The notes: generated by a model not told the origin, from the sequence alone. 64,000 nucleotides of DNA from Paramecium tetraurelia (GCA_000165425.1 CT868185.1:248001-312000), one strand, 5' to 3'. Shown: positions 27,701 through 41,554, counted from the first letter of the stretch. Translations and numbers: made by a program.

Positions 27701-30700
27701 TTAAAATAAAGTATATTCAAATGAAATATGCCTTGCCGAAATATCATTTAGATAATCAAAAAGTTAAGTAGTCTCTAATTTTTCTAAATAACCAATGTCA
27801 AAAAAGGTATAAAGAATTACATTCTTGCTTTCAAAGTACTCATCGTTTGTTTAAAAATATTCATCATAATAAGTTGTATCATCACAATGAATAATTTGCC
27901 TAAAAATAATTTTGTTATAACATTGTTCATATTTGTTACAAACAACTATTGTTTATGACAATGAATCTTAATAATATTTTTCTGGAGTATTGCCAACTTT
28001 TGCTTTTTCATAGCATTTTCGAGTTTAAAATTTATTCGAATCAGTTAAAATAAAGTAAGGATTAACTTATTAAATTTCTGATTCGCTTCTCTCCACACAA
28101 GCAATACAATTAGGTGGACATTGTAGGCAACCTCCGTTTTCATTTTAACTTTTCATGAAACCAGCAATCGTTTCTAAACATTAAATACATGTTGCTTTTC
28201 CATTTATGATCTCACATTTATTACAAGTTTAATCACAATTTTTTATGCATAATTAGTTATATAATATATATCCATAATGACATGATGTACAGATTAATTT
28301 CATATCTGATTCAGAATTCAAGGATGCATAATTTTCAAATGGATGATCATTATTAAGATTAATGAAATATTTATAAAACGCCTTAATACTCCATTTCCAA
28401 TAATCTCTATATTTAACATTTTATTATATACAAGTCTTGCAACTTTAGCCACATTAAATACATTAACCTTTAAGAATTGCTGAATAATAGCCATCCTAAC
28501 ATACTATACAAAAGGATTCATTATCTATGTAATTGTGAATACAGGAAATACAGTTTGGAATCATTATGCAATTTGATACTTAAACAGCATACTGATTGGT
28601 TTTGCTAATTATACAAGTTTTCTTTTAATTTTCAATTTCGATAATGGCGAATTCGCAATCATCATCTATTTCCTTCAACTCGCACTTTTAGCTATTGAAA
28701 TTATAATGATAATTCTCTTTGCATAGGGCACAACCTATATGTAATTATCGAAAGTTGAAATTTATCACTTTAAAATTGATATCTAAGCTTGTTTGTAATA
28801 GACGACCATTGAGAATGTAATCAAAACAATATATACAATTTTCTATATTGCATTATCTGCAATTCTATCCATCCATAGATAAATAATATTTTAAAGGTGA
28901 ATCTTTACAGAAATTACAAAGTCTAGATGCATCGCACTCCTGACAATAATCCCCACAAAAAATGCATTAATTCCTAATTATTTATTGATTCTCTAAACAA
29001 CCAATGCATTAATATGATCCATTGTTATTACTCTTGCAAGTTAAGCAATCGCCACATTTCAAACATATCTTTTCTTCACTTAAATAATAATTAGAAAAGC
29101 AATTTTTGCATTCAAATGAATTTAAGCACTCCATACAGCCATTTAAACAAGGTTTACATTCTGAATTTTCTAAATAGAAACCATTTCTACATCTTTCTTT
29201 ACTAATACAACCTTGACACAATTTAAGATCGTAAGTTCCATTTACGTTCGTTAGCATATAAAAATATAGATAATCATTTTAGTCACTTTTTTAAACTTAA
29301 TATAAATAGTCTTCTTGTAATTCATAAGTTTCGGCTTTCATTTTACAAGTTAAGGTTTATCCAAATTATTTTGGTGATACCAAACAATCTAAACAAATTA
29401 TTTATTTACCAGCGTACACTTCATAAAAATAAGGACTATGATAGTTATAAACTAAATACCATTATACACACATGCCTTAATATTCAAAATAGCCAAAATT
29501 GCATTCAATTTCATTCTAATTGCAGATGCTATAACCTGACTGCTAACAAAATAATTCTACTTCTTATATGTATATCTATGGGAATGCTTAGGTTACTGAT
29601 TAGCAATCTTAGACACCTTCTATATCTATATATCTTTATTAACAAGCACAAGTTTTCTCGTTTTTTGTAAGGTGTCTAAAACTTTAATCAGAACAAGAAA
29701 GACAGTTATATTTAGTAGGTCCCTCACATTCTAAACAAGAATAATGACATGGAGGTTTATATTCATTAATTTTTGGACTACATAATAGTAAAAATTAAAC
29801 ATCACTAACATATCCTCTTAAATAATTTTAAGCATAGTAATCTCCTCCTAAGAAAATCTAAAAATTAGTTCCTGAAAAATGACGTATAGTTTTACTCCAA
29901 GTAAAAGAGCGAACTTAATTAATAGAAGGAAAAAAAATAGAAAAGTAAGGTTATTCCTTATTGTTTTTGCTTCCAAATTCATAAAAAAAATAATGCCATT
30001 TAATTAATAACTCTGTATATTCGTCTCCAAATTAACGAATTCTATCATCTTCATTTGTCTAGTGTCTCTCTTTTACAGGAAACTCATATGAATAAGTAGA
30101 AATTTCAAATCCATTCTCAGAAGGGATACTACTCTAATAATATTTCAAGAGTAAATCTCTATCTCCTATTGTTAAATCATCACCATAATCTTAATTTAAT
30201 GTTATTCGAAAAATGGTGGTCTCCTATAGAACCTAACTCGATTCAGCTATCATAACCCATCCTTAAAATACATATCTCGGTGTATAAGAAAATTCTTATG
30301 TAAAAGTCTTTATATAATGAGTTCCATTCATTTTCTAGTTTTTTCAACTTACTAGATATTACCTCTCATAACAAGATAGATAGCCAAAAAAATCTTCAGA
30401 ACAGGTGTCTATATCTAAGAACACATTATCCTACTCAGCTGAGAAAATACTGGTGAGGCGTCCCATGAATTGACTTAATAAGATAAAACTACCCTCCTGA
30501 TTCGTGTATGAGTAAGTATTTCCAACATTGTGCTTTATTGTTTATACATATTGTGGTAAATCATTTACAATCTGAATAGATATATCCTCTTTAGCGTTGT
30601 AAAATCCTATAAGGGATTATCTTAAAATATTGTCAAAATAACAATAAAACATTATCCATTATCCTTCATATAAAATATTATCAAATTCAAATGACAAAGT

Positions 30701-31151
30701 GTTAGTTAAAGTTTTGAAAGAGTAAAATACTTTGTGGGTAATTATTTATTTATTTGGATCTATATCAGCAGAAACAACCAACCAATTCACCTTATCATTG
30801 GCACGTTCAATGGAATAGATAAATTGTTGTCCTTGTATAATAATTTAATCTTTTAATATACTGAAATTTTAAGTAGCTCTGTTTGCTAAAAAATTTTAAA
30901 TATATCTTTACATAGCTCACTTATTTATGTCATTGGCTAATAATTCATCCAAACTCCAAATCCTTTATTTGCCTGACCTTGAATAAATTCTTAAGATAAT
31001 TCTTAATCAATAGAAAATTAATTATTGTTTTTACTTAAAAGTGGTATCAAGGATGAAAATAAACATAAATTTTCTACAGGTCTAGAATATTTGATTTAAT
31101 TTACTTAGGTAAGAAGATGAAAAGCATTAAGTCAAAAAAGGTTATAAGCAT
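21775..31151 (-). CDS. Giant (~3100 aa) surface protein: Cys-rich furin/EGF-like repeats, parallel beta-helix region, C-terminal multi-TM domain
   Basis: Long TGA-poor minus frame; CxxCxxxC repeats ~28050-29760; NSATYGGSI/NLADLGGAI/NKAEIAGGI motifs ~24350-24600; GHIGALCEQCD; TM block with WGYLYNEY..HAYFWE. Start approximate. Confidence 0.88.
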
Positions 31152-32459
31152 TTAATGTTTGCAAATTTTAATTAAATGTTTTGTAAAATATAATGATAAA
31201 TTTCAGGACCTTTGGGAAACTATAGAATGCAATTCTTTTATCATTCTAATTAATACTTCAAATATAATGAAATAAATTAAGCTTGAAATCTCGATAAAAT
31301 AGAATGAAAAAATCACTTGAATATTACATCACATACAAATATAAAATAAAGATGTTTTCTTGATGCAAATTAAAGTAAAATAGGTTTCTCTTTAGCTGGA
31401 CCAAGATTTTTAAAAGAGATATTCTTGAGATATTCCTCTAAAAACAATATATATAATATTTTCATGTACTAATTAAGAGGGTGAAGAGGATGAACAATTA
31501 AATAATAAAAAATAAATATTAGGGTGAATATAATGTCTTAATGAATTTTCATCATATATACAATTATCTGTTTTTTCATTATAAATATTTCTGAAATAGC
31601 CTTGTCTTTAATTAATAAAGATTATCAAATATAATACTATTCATTGTTTTTTTTTAATTAGAAATTATAGAATGTTGGATCAACTGCTATTATAATATAA
31701 CTTGTATTAAGAGCTCTTATCGAAAATGAATGAGTGATATTTTGAGCGATACTTTAAGACCTTTTCAAAATTAATAATTGAATTGATAATTCTAATCAAA
31801 TTAGAATAAAGGTTATTAAGAAAGTCTTATTTTTGTAAATCATCAAATTACATATACCTAAACTCTTTGGTAAGTTCTAAATATATTAGTATTCTACTCT
31901 TAAAATTAAATTTGTGCGAAAATAAATTAGTCAACTTCTGATAAAAATAACTCTAAGTGAAAACAGTCTAACAGTATATAATTAGAAAATAAAAGTCAAT
32001 ATTTATGATATTATTAAATGCTAGTAGCTCATATATCCATCTTAGAGGCATATCAAGGCATAGGAACTTTAGATTTTTCAATTAGTGATGAAAAATAAAC
32101 ACATATCGAAAATTTCTAACAAATTTATGAAATATATAGAAAATATTTTTGAAAAAGGATACTACCTTGTGACTAAAGATTAAAAGTAATGCATAGTAAT
32201 TGCCTGTTGAATATCATTGTTTATTTCTATGTTTTAAGATGATATGAAAATAAAAAATCTTTGAAAATAACATAAAGATATTGTTTTTTCTTTTATTCTT
32301 ATATATATGTATTTATTATAATTCTGATTATGAAAGCCATAATCAAAAAATATCCATCATCCAATGTTCATATTTATTGTTTATATGTTATTTATCCATT
32401 TATCCATTTTTCTGATTTGTCTTTTTCCTTTACCTCAAGGAATCATATTTAAATTTAAT

Positions 32460-33260
32460 TTTAAGTGATCAATTATAAGGTGTTGATAATTTGCCTATAT
32501 GCTTTAATTATTTTTCAAGATCTTAAAGATGTATTTGAATGACCTAAGTCTCAAATTCTCGAATTAATTGTTAGCTAACTATAATTTGCAAATATTCGAA
32601 TTCCATTTATTCAACTCTATATAAAATTCCATAATAAATAGTCTAGGCACAGGGAAAAAGGTGTTGGGATATTGATGATGCTGAAGCAACTCCATTACTA
32701 AGCCAGTATTTACTATTCTTTTTGGTTTGTCGTTATAATAAATAATGTAATGAAGTTTTTCTAAAAATTAATTCTCTTATGGCTCAATATTTTCATATAT
32801 TTAAGAATTGCATAAAGTCTTCTCATATAAACTCATAGCAATCACTTTCAAAATCAAAGAAAATCAGGTTTAATTTGGGCAATTAATTAGTCTAATTTTT
32901 ATTATGCGATTTTGCCTTAGATAAACCTTTTTAAGTATTGACTGATATTAATTAATGACATTATTTTATTCAATCATCAAATTCATTAGGTTGTTCAGTT
33001 AAGGCTTGCTGAATTCAATTTATTTTCACAACAAATATATTAATTATGCTGGAGTCCATTTTACTGATAATATATACCCTTAATAATTTTGATTCAACAA
33101 TAATGTTATCTCGAAATTGAATTGAAATAATTAAATAAGTGTGATTAATGCATTAAAATTATTAATTCGATTTTTAAAAACAACATTTTGCACATAGAGA
33201 TTTTCATCAGAATAAATTCTGATTCCTTTCTTTTACTAATGCCATTTTATTGACATTCTT
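32460..33260 (-). pseudogene. Probable decayed gene remnant
   Basis: Coding-like patches (YYGILYRVEQMEFEYLQ...) separated by frameshifts or TGAs. Confidence 0.3.
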
Positions 33261-33358
33261 ATTCATTAATTGAAATTTGAATCTTCAATTTAATCAAATC
33301 TTATTTTAGGAGTACATATAGTAGTTAAGGTATTATTTTAATATATTATTCATTATTT

Positions 33359-34088
33359 TCAAAGTTAATTAATTTTATAAGAGTTCTATGATGGGAAATG
33401 CTCAAATTATTATTATGTATTTATCAAGATATCTATTTTATAGNNNNNNNNNNNNNNNNNNNNNNNNNNNNNNNNNNNNNNNNNNNNNNNNNNNNNNNNN
33501 NNNNNNNNNNNNNNNNNNNNNNNNNNNNNNNNNNNNNNNNNNNNNNNNNNNNNNNNNNNNNNNNNNNNNNNNNNNNNNNNNNNNNNNNNNNNNTGATTGA
33601 AACCTAGAAGGTTTCTACCGAAGACGCAGCCACCCAACACCAAAAGGTGTTTTTACAAACAAGGCCATCACAGGAGGGAACAAAGTGCAAAACATATCGA
33701 AAATATCAATGATCTACTTTGTTTTCTTTTCAATTCTGCTGATAATTTAATAAATTGTGAGGTTTAAAAGTATCGAAGTTAAAGCAAATCCAATTATTAA
33801 ACCACTCATGAGAGGAAGATAGTTTTCAAAAGTGCAAATATAAGTATTGCAGTTTTCTAAAGAATAGCATTCTTCTTATTATAAAGAAGAATAGCAGCAT
33901 TTTCCTGTAAATGTTAATGCAACTTTGGCTTGCTTTGAACTTCCATTCATCCATGCTACATCTAGAAACTCTGAGACACATATAAAAATCAACCCTAAAA
34001 GGATAAAGATGGAATGCATTTAATTTATATTATTTGGAAACTACTTTATATAAACTGGGGTTTGAACGAATTCTACATATTTTTCCAT
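33359..34088 (-). CDS. Small multi-pass membrane protein with Cys-rich extracellular loop (spans gap)
   Basis: MEKYVEF...MHSIFILLGLIFICVSEF...GKCCYSSLQQEECYSLENC...LIIGFALTSILL; frame appears to resume after the N gap to TGA at 33359-33361. Alternative start 34019. Confidence 0.6.
33444..33593. other. Assembly gap (150 N)
   Basis: Run of N. Confidence 0.95.
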
Positions 34089-34106
34089 ATAGATGCTTTT
34101 TTATTT

Positions 34107-35557
34107 TCAAATATAATATTCAAAAAATTATTCTACTATAAATATTTAAAATAAAGAAATTAATATAAAATAGATATTGATATTGTTGTTGTATTTTGTA
34201 ACCTAAGAATGTTCAAGTATCTCATGCTGAATTGAATAAGGAAACCTTGTTAGAGGAGGAAATTTTTCTTTACTATCTTCATAGGTAATTTCCACAACAG
34301 AAATTTAACAACTATTGATAAATTAAAGCTTATCAAATTATATAAATGTATTATTTATACAAATTAGATGAAAATTAAAATATTAACTAATTTTTTAATA
34401 CAGATTATTTTTATAAAAATTCTATTCTAATCCCATCAAATATTCATTTTTTAAAAACTATTTCTGAGCTGACGGCATGAACTGTTTAAACCATTTAATA
34501 ATCTCACAGTAACAAGCTTGTTTTCTGTAATTTCATTAAAAAGTAAAATAATTAAATTTAGAATCTTAGATAATATTTCATTCAATTTTTGATCCTCTTT
34601 AACATTTTATAGGATTTAATTGAAAATATTATTAAACTAATTAATTATTGTGGACAATTTTTAGAAATTTAAATTTATATTGCTATTGTTGATTTCATTT
34701 TCTTTATTTTATTCACACTGAGTTAGGCTTTAATATTTTAAATTTTTAATTTCTTTTACAATTTGGGTCTGAGATTATGAAAGTAATCTTTATTCCAAGT
34801 TGATTCCCAATATATTAACTATCTTCCTTGTAAGAATATTTTCATATTATAAAGAATTAGTTTGAAGCTGTTTAAACTCTTTTTTAAAATCTGAGATCTG
34901 ATATGTTTCCTCAAATTATTTTAATTTAAATTTTGTAGTGGCACATACGACTACTTCTGAGATAAAACTCGAGAAAGTTTAAAAGGATTAATTTAATGCT
35001 TATATTGATGAAGAGCTAATAAAATCTAATACATCAACCTATTAACTTGAATTATTTTCAGATTTAGTTAATTATAAAATGAATTATCTTGCCAGTTTAT
35101 TTTCATATACAACTTATTCTAAATACTATTATAATTCAAAATTTTATTGTTCAATGGCGGTGTTTATTTTAATTGCCTTTTCTAAAGTTTTGATTGTTTC
35201 TTAATATAAATTTTACCAATATTCTAACTCAGAATCCAATTAGGCTAACTTTTAGTTGCTTACAATAACTTATTGATTTTTTAACTGATTACGAAAAAAT
35301 TGTTCAATCATTATTTCATAGTCAAGAAAGTTATTAATTTCTTATTTATAATTCTCAATTTATGCATGGAAATTGTTAATATGCATTGATTTACTTACAT
35401 TTCGAGTTTTTGATGATTTTTTTTCAGATTGTTATGAAAATTATTACAAATTCAATATCTCTTTTTATTGAGCTTCTATAATTAAATATGCTTTTTAAAT
35501 TGCATCATCCTTTATTTTTAATTATTTTGTTAAGTTAGCTATTTATGAATTGATCAT
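34107..35557 (-). CDS. Coiled-coil protein with hydrophobic C-terminal tail
   Basis: MINSQIANLTKQLKIKDDAI... Q/E/K-rich; ends INIYFILISLFQIFIVEQFFEYYI-TGA. Confidence 0.7.
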
Positions 35558-35588
35558 ATACGTTAATTATTAATTATTAAATATTTTT

Positions 35589-36734
35589 ATGAACTAAAAA
35601 AATTTTTATACCAAACACAACAAAATAGAATAGAACCAAGAATTACTTCTAAGTTCTAGAAATAGAGTTAGATCAGCGTTTTAGGATATTTCGAATTTGA
35701 ACTTTTCCTTTATTAATGTATAGGAGAAGGGTGTGAAATAATAAAAGGAGGAATTAAAAATCTAGAAGGGCAAAAGAAGAAATGCATTGATACCTGTGAG
35801 CATCGGGAGGATGCTTATTTAAGTGGAAAATGCAGAGTTTTAATAGATCAATTATTTAATACGGTCTGGAAAAGAGACAGAGAAAGATATTCTATGTTAT
35901 TTTGATAAATTCCGATGCGAAATTTATTAATATGAATTAATAATAGAATAATAAGTAAGATGAAAAATTTAACATAAGTTGAATAAATTGAATATTGATT
36001 AACATGATTTTACAGGAGAGCAGTTGGAGAGGGCTTTAGATTGGATGGTTTATAAGATGAAAAAATTTAAAAAAGTTACTACTGAGACAATTTTCAAAGC
36101 GATCGAATTGGTTTATTAGTATTTATAAAACACATTTCATTTGACATTTAAAGAATTGGAATTAATATCAGGTTGTAGTATTTACATTTCATCAAAACTT
36201 GTTGATTTGTATCCAATCTACATTGATGACTTGTGTTAGGAAGTATATCTTTAAAAATAATAAAGGTTTTGCAATCTAAATACTATAACAGCGATATCTT
36301 ATAACAAGAGAGAAAGATGTGTTAGATTTTAAATTATAGTTTATGTTTCACTACATCATCATAATTAGTGCATAGAATATTAATGGATTTAAGAGATTTA
36401 ATAGAATAAATCTATGATAAAGAAAAAGTAGAATATTTGAGATAGAAAATTATTGATAACTTGTTATATATGGAAATAGGTTTGGAGTTTAGATCTATCT
36501 CAAAATGCAACAAAGCCCTATCTAGTATATTATTGACTATGATTGAGGAGAATATTGAAAATAGAATAGTAATTATTTAAATATTATTTATTGTGCTAAG
36601 CTGTGTTGTTGTGTGTTAATCATTTCAAGTTGAACATAAATTGGATTGAGAGACATATTGAAGATTTGAGAACATTTATATTGGCAAACAAACATTTAAA
36701 CTTATTTAAGAAAATTCCAATTCATAATTATTGA
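35589..36734 (+). CDS. Divergent mitotic-type cyclin
   Basis: D-box-like RSAFQDISN; cyclin box ERALDWMVYK...ETIFKAIELVYQYL...ISSKLVDLYP; QQERKMCQILNY. Confidence 0.85.
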
Positions 36735-37317
36735 ATTTTTTTTGCACAAAATTATAGATCAATTATTTTAACTTTATTTGAAATTGTCTTGCCAATGTAA
36801 ATAGTATACCAATCATAATCTATTTATAAGCAAATTTTGATTCCTAAATAATAAGATTAATTCAAAAAATATACAATTAATTAAATGTTTGTATCCAAAT
36901 TATATGAGATTTTCTTTTTTCACCATTAAACAAGATCTGAGTGAACTATTTGGAAGGTTTTAAGAAAAATATTTTAGATAATTTAGTTCAAATGTTGTGT
37001 GGTTAAAATTAAAATGATGTATTTCTCCTTTTCTTTAGAAATAAGTAAAGCATAATAATATTTAGAATATAAGTTAAATATTTGGAAGAACAAGAATTAA
37101 AAATTGCATAGCCAAAATTAAAAAAAAAATTTCAATTGTTTTAATGTTAATAATAAATGACAATCATTCATACAAATAACTAAGTATTTAAATTAATTCA
37201 AGAAAAAGAATTAAAATTATCATGAATATATATTTTTTAAATACTCATATTCATATTTTCATTTTACATTTCATAAATTAAGATGTATGGTTAATATAAT
37301 GAATAAATGATAAATAT

Positions 37318-37752
37318 TCACTCAACTGATCTTTATCTCCAAGAATTTACCATTCCTTAGACAAATACTCCTCCCATACCAAAGAATGACGCCAAACTGT
37401 AATTAAAGGATTTCCCATCTGCAAAGTTGTATGAGAAGGTGTCATTTATGAATACACCTGCAAATAAGCATACATATCCTGTTAATATTAAGAGTGCCAT
37501 CACATAAGCCAAAGCAGCTTGTTTCAAAAATGGTTAGACCATTCCAACAAGAAATCCTACCAACATCAAAACAAAGGCGGATATTGCAAGGTTTAAATAA
37601 TTTCTATATTTATCGTGGTCAGTCGTGCTAATATTAGTGATATATGAAAATTGTGTATAATCACCTCCATCATTTTCCTTCAAATAGGAAACCAAAGCTA
37701 AGTTTACAACCACCACTAAAGACATAAATGTATTGCTTAAAAGAAGTCTCAT
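37318..37752 (-). CDS. Small (144 aa) tetraspan-like membrane protein
   Basis: Intronless frame (TAA read as Gln) with about four hydrophobic segments; ends RQRSVE-TGA. Confidence 0.8.
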
Positions 37753-38217
37753 CTTTAAATCTCTAATATGTCATAACTATAATTAAATACAATCCCATTT
37801 TTTGTTCTTGTTCTTTTTAATAAAAATATTAATAAAATAAAATTTCTTTCATTCCTTGTAAACTCAAATATACTAGGAATTGAACTTCAACAAAAACGAT
37901 TTTTAACCTTGATTTTCTTATTTATGATTAAATTAAGAATAGTTTTTCGAATGAAACTTGTATTTTAAGAAAACTTCAATTTTATAGAACATATATTTCA
38001 AAAGAAAATATTTAACAAACAAAAAGTGAATTATTGAGAAACTTATTAGATTTTGAATTCATGGATCCTCTCATATGCTTTAAAGTTAATTTATATCATT
38101 AAGATTTCAAATTATTACTTTGAATATACATTTAAATATTTAAATATGTATTTTAATTGATAAATTAATGATCTTTGTAAATGATTTGCAATGATATAAA
38201 GTAAAATATAAATTGGG

Positions 38218-39116
38218 TCAAGTTGATAATTTATCTGAAATTTGTTTAGATTTATTTGAACTTAATATGTACACATTTTTGAATATTTAAGCAGATTATT
38301 AGATATTAAAATTATTTAATCTGTATTTTGATACTTCCTTTATTCCTTGGAGATTTGAAAGAGATTTTATATGATAATACTTTCTTTAAGTTTTTATCGT
38401 TTGCAATTTTATCGGTGAAGAGGTGTCAGTTTCTGTTAGACTTTTTAAATTTTAATACTAAAAATGAATTTAACTTTCGATTAAACCTATTGATTTCGTC
38501 TGATTACATTTTGATCGCTCGTTAACATAATTTTAAATAGAAATAAATGTTTTTCGTTGTTTTTTACTGATATCTAAGACTACTTTTTGATAATCAAGAA
38601 ATCTCTGCAATGATTTTTAATTTTTGTTGATTTTAGGTGAAGAATTTCTTTAGGCTTCCTTTTAGGATAATACTTTTTCAGAGTTCTCAATATTATAAAA
38701 TAACTCTTCAGATTCTTTCAAGCATTTAATTGATTTTTAAAATTGATTTTGGATAGTATTTGATGGTTTAACAACCAATTTAGAAGGAGTTTCATCAATA
38801 ACCTTTTATTAGAGTGCTCCAATTATTGTCTAAGATTTTAAATTATTGGAGTGCTTAATCAATATGCTTGACATTCTTTTAAATATTGTTTTCTTTCTCA
38901 TTTCATTTCTTTTTGACTCCTTTTATTATAAATGAAAAGCTACATATGTAATTGGATAAAGAAAAGCCATTCTAACCTAATAATATTGAATTTATATACT
39001 TGTTTATCGCTAAGAGGTTCATAACCACTTCTTCTTCGTATTTTATTAATAATTTAGTAAATATACACATGTTCAACATGACTTTGACTCTTTTGCAATT
39101 TATTTTTTTTTTTCAT
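38218..39116 (-). CDS. Hypothetical basic Ser/Lys-rich protein
   Basis: MKKKNKLQKS...RRRSGYEPLSDKQ, 23-nt intron, then VRMAFLYP...; alternative start at 38970. Confidence 0.6.
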
Positions 39117-40694
39117 TCTAAGATTACGATTTGAGAGTTTTCCTTAAGATTTTTAGAGGGGGTATTATAATTTTTCAAGTTTGGGTTAAGAATTTTTGTT
39201 AGGAGATTCGGATTTGAAAAAATTCTCATTTGGAGACTTCAAAGGTAAATTTTGAATATTACAATTGAATTTATCTATTTTTAGATATTTCTAATACTAT
39301 ATCGATTAACAATGGGTTATGGCGATAGTAAATGTTTAGTATTATCCAAATTTTACTGATCTTCAGATAGCTGAGTTAGAGTCTAACTTTGATATTCTTT
39401 TAATGATAACATAATTATTTTTATATAATAAGATTCTTTTAATCAAGCTCCAAAGAGTTATGGTTTTGATTACACATCTTCATAATCTGAGACTTCTTCC
39501 TCTTAATTTTGTTGTTGATGATTTTACAATTTTTGATTTCTTTTTAATTATTAAGTTAGTTTTTCAATTTATTACTACGATTGGGTAAATTAGTCTTGTA
39601 ATTTATTGATTTTATCTTCCAATATTTTTTGATTAGTTGATTTCATAACTTATAAATCATTCACTCTCTTTTTTAAAGCCACCATTTGCTTCTCTACTTC
39701 TAATTTACTTTCAACAAGCTTAAAGTATTATAATTATAGTTTACGATTTTAATTTCCTTTTCATATTGATTATTCTTCTCCATAAACCTTCTTCTTAATG
39801 TTTCGCTCTCTCCCAATCTTTCGCTTAACGTAGCATTTTCTTCTAATAACTTACCCATCTTTTCTAACTTCCTCTCATTTTCAGACACCTAATTCAATTT
39901 CTATTAATTCTAATGGATAATTCCTATTAAAAATCATTCCATACTTTCCTAATCCAATCTCTTATCTATTTCTCCTTTCATCTAAAATTTTCTTCTAAAT
40001 TCTTCGTTTTCTTCTTCTAATTCTTCTAGTCTCTCCTTGAGGTTATCAACTTCAACTTTATTTGCTTTCTACATTTCTTAATATAATCCTTATAATTTAG
40101 CAATTTGTTAAGACATTTCTTTATTTTCTTACTTTTCCTATTCCAATTCTTAATTTATTCCTGCTAATTCCCTCTTGGTTTTATTATATAGATCCTTAAT
40201 TGTATCACATTGAGATTGAAGAGATGCTTTAACATTCCTTAAATTTTCAATTTCTTTCATAGCTGTTTCAAGCTTTTTAGTTTGTTAATCTATATATTTA
40301 TTTTATTAGGCTATGTCAATTTTTAAATTTTAATTCTAAACATTCACATTCTCTAATTCTAACCCTAAATTATGACATTATTATCTTATTGTTTCAACTA
40401 TTTCAGATTCAATATTGGATTCAATTTACTTGAACTTTTAATTCATCTGAGTATTAATTTCCTTTATGCTAGCCAGATTTGGGGAAGGCTAATCTTATGC
40501 ATAACACCATAAGCCATCCTTTAGTAATTTAAATTTTATATTACTCCTGGTTATCCTCCAACTAGAACTTATCGAACAGCCGCTTATTGAAACGAGGAAT
40601 CCTTTCTTGAAGCTGATTGGGATTTTTTTGTAATTGTTGAAACAGATTAATCTACTTTTTTAGTTTGGGTTGTCGGGGGCTTTTGTTAATTCAT
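39113..40694 (-). CDS. Coiled-coil protein
   Basis: MNQQKPPTTQ...; long E/K/Q heptads (...ENERKLEKMGKLLEEN...); several 23-26 nt introns; ends QIVILE-TGA. Confidence 0.8.
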
Positions 40695-40706
40695 TATAAA
40701 ATTAAT

Positions 40707-41494
40707 ATGAAAAAATCACTTACTCCTACTTCCGAAACTAAATATAATTTTTCTCAAAAAATACATCTACTTAAATAAAAAAGAAACAAGGATATGTTAA
40801 GTTATGCTGTTTAAGAATTGAAAAATCCATTTGATCCTTTATAAGTTTCTAAAGCATTAAAATTTCTAGAAAATCACGTGCAAAGAAAGGCGTTATTAGA
40901 TTAAATCATTTACATTAGAGAGTAAAAACGTAAAAAGGAAGAATTTGATAAGATGTCCTCAATGAGAGGAATTCTCAATAAAGTTTCAAAGAGATTTTCA
41001 ATAGTGAAAAATTAAGAAACTAAATACGCTAGAGATTACAATGATTTTAAAATTATGTAAGAGGAAAGAAATAAATTTGACAAACTCTAATATGAAAATT
41101 TAAATATTTAAGTCAATGAAAAAAGACCATAATTCAGAAGATTATCTAGTTTAAGTTTCTTAACAAAAGAGACTGATTAGATAAGGTTCTCAGCAGAATA
41201 AAATAATGATTAACAAGCTTTATTCGTTCGTAGATAAACATAGAGAAATGCAACACTTATGGTAAATGCAATTCTTAAAAAAGAGATGTATCTTAATTAT
41301 AATTATTACCTTTTAGACCTGTTAGTCCAGGAATTTCTGAAAAAGTGATAGGAAATAAAAAATTCAAAAAGTTATTACATTATCGTAAGACTAAGTCATA
41401 GAGTGAAAGTAAAATTATTATGAATTTGCTAATTTATATATATCTAAATGGAAACATAAAAGATCTTTATGTTAAATCTGAGATCAAAATTTGA
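40707..41494 (+). CDS. Hypothetical protein
   Basis: Open frame MKKSLTPTSETKYNF... >190 codons, tiny intron ~41288-41317; 3' end approximate. Confidence 0.7.
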
Positions 41495-41554
41495 GCAGTC
41501 TATTATTAAATAATTGAACTTCTATTTGAAATCAACATACATACAACATAAACT

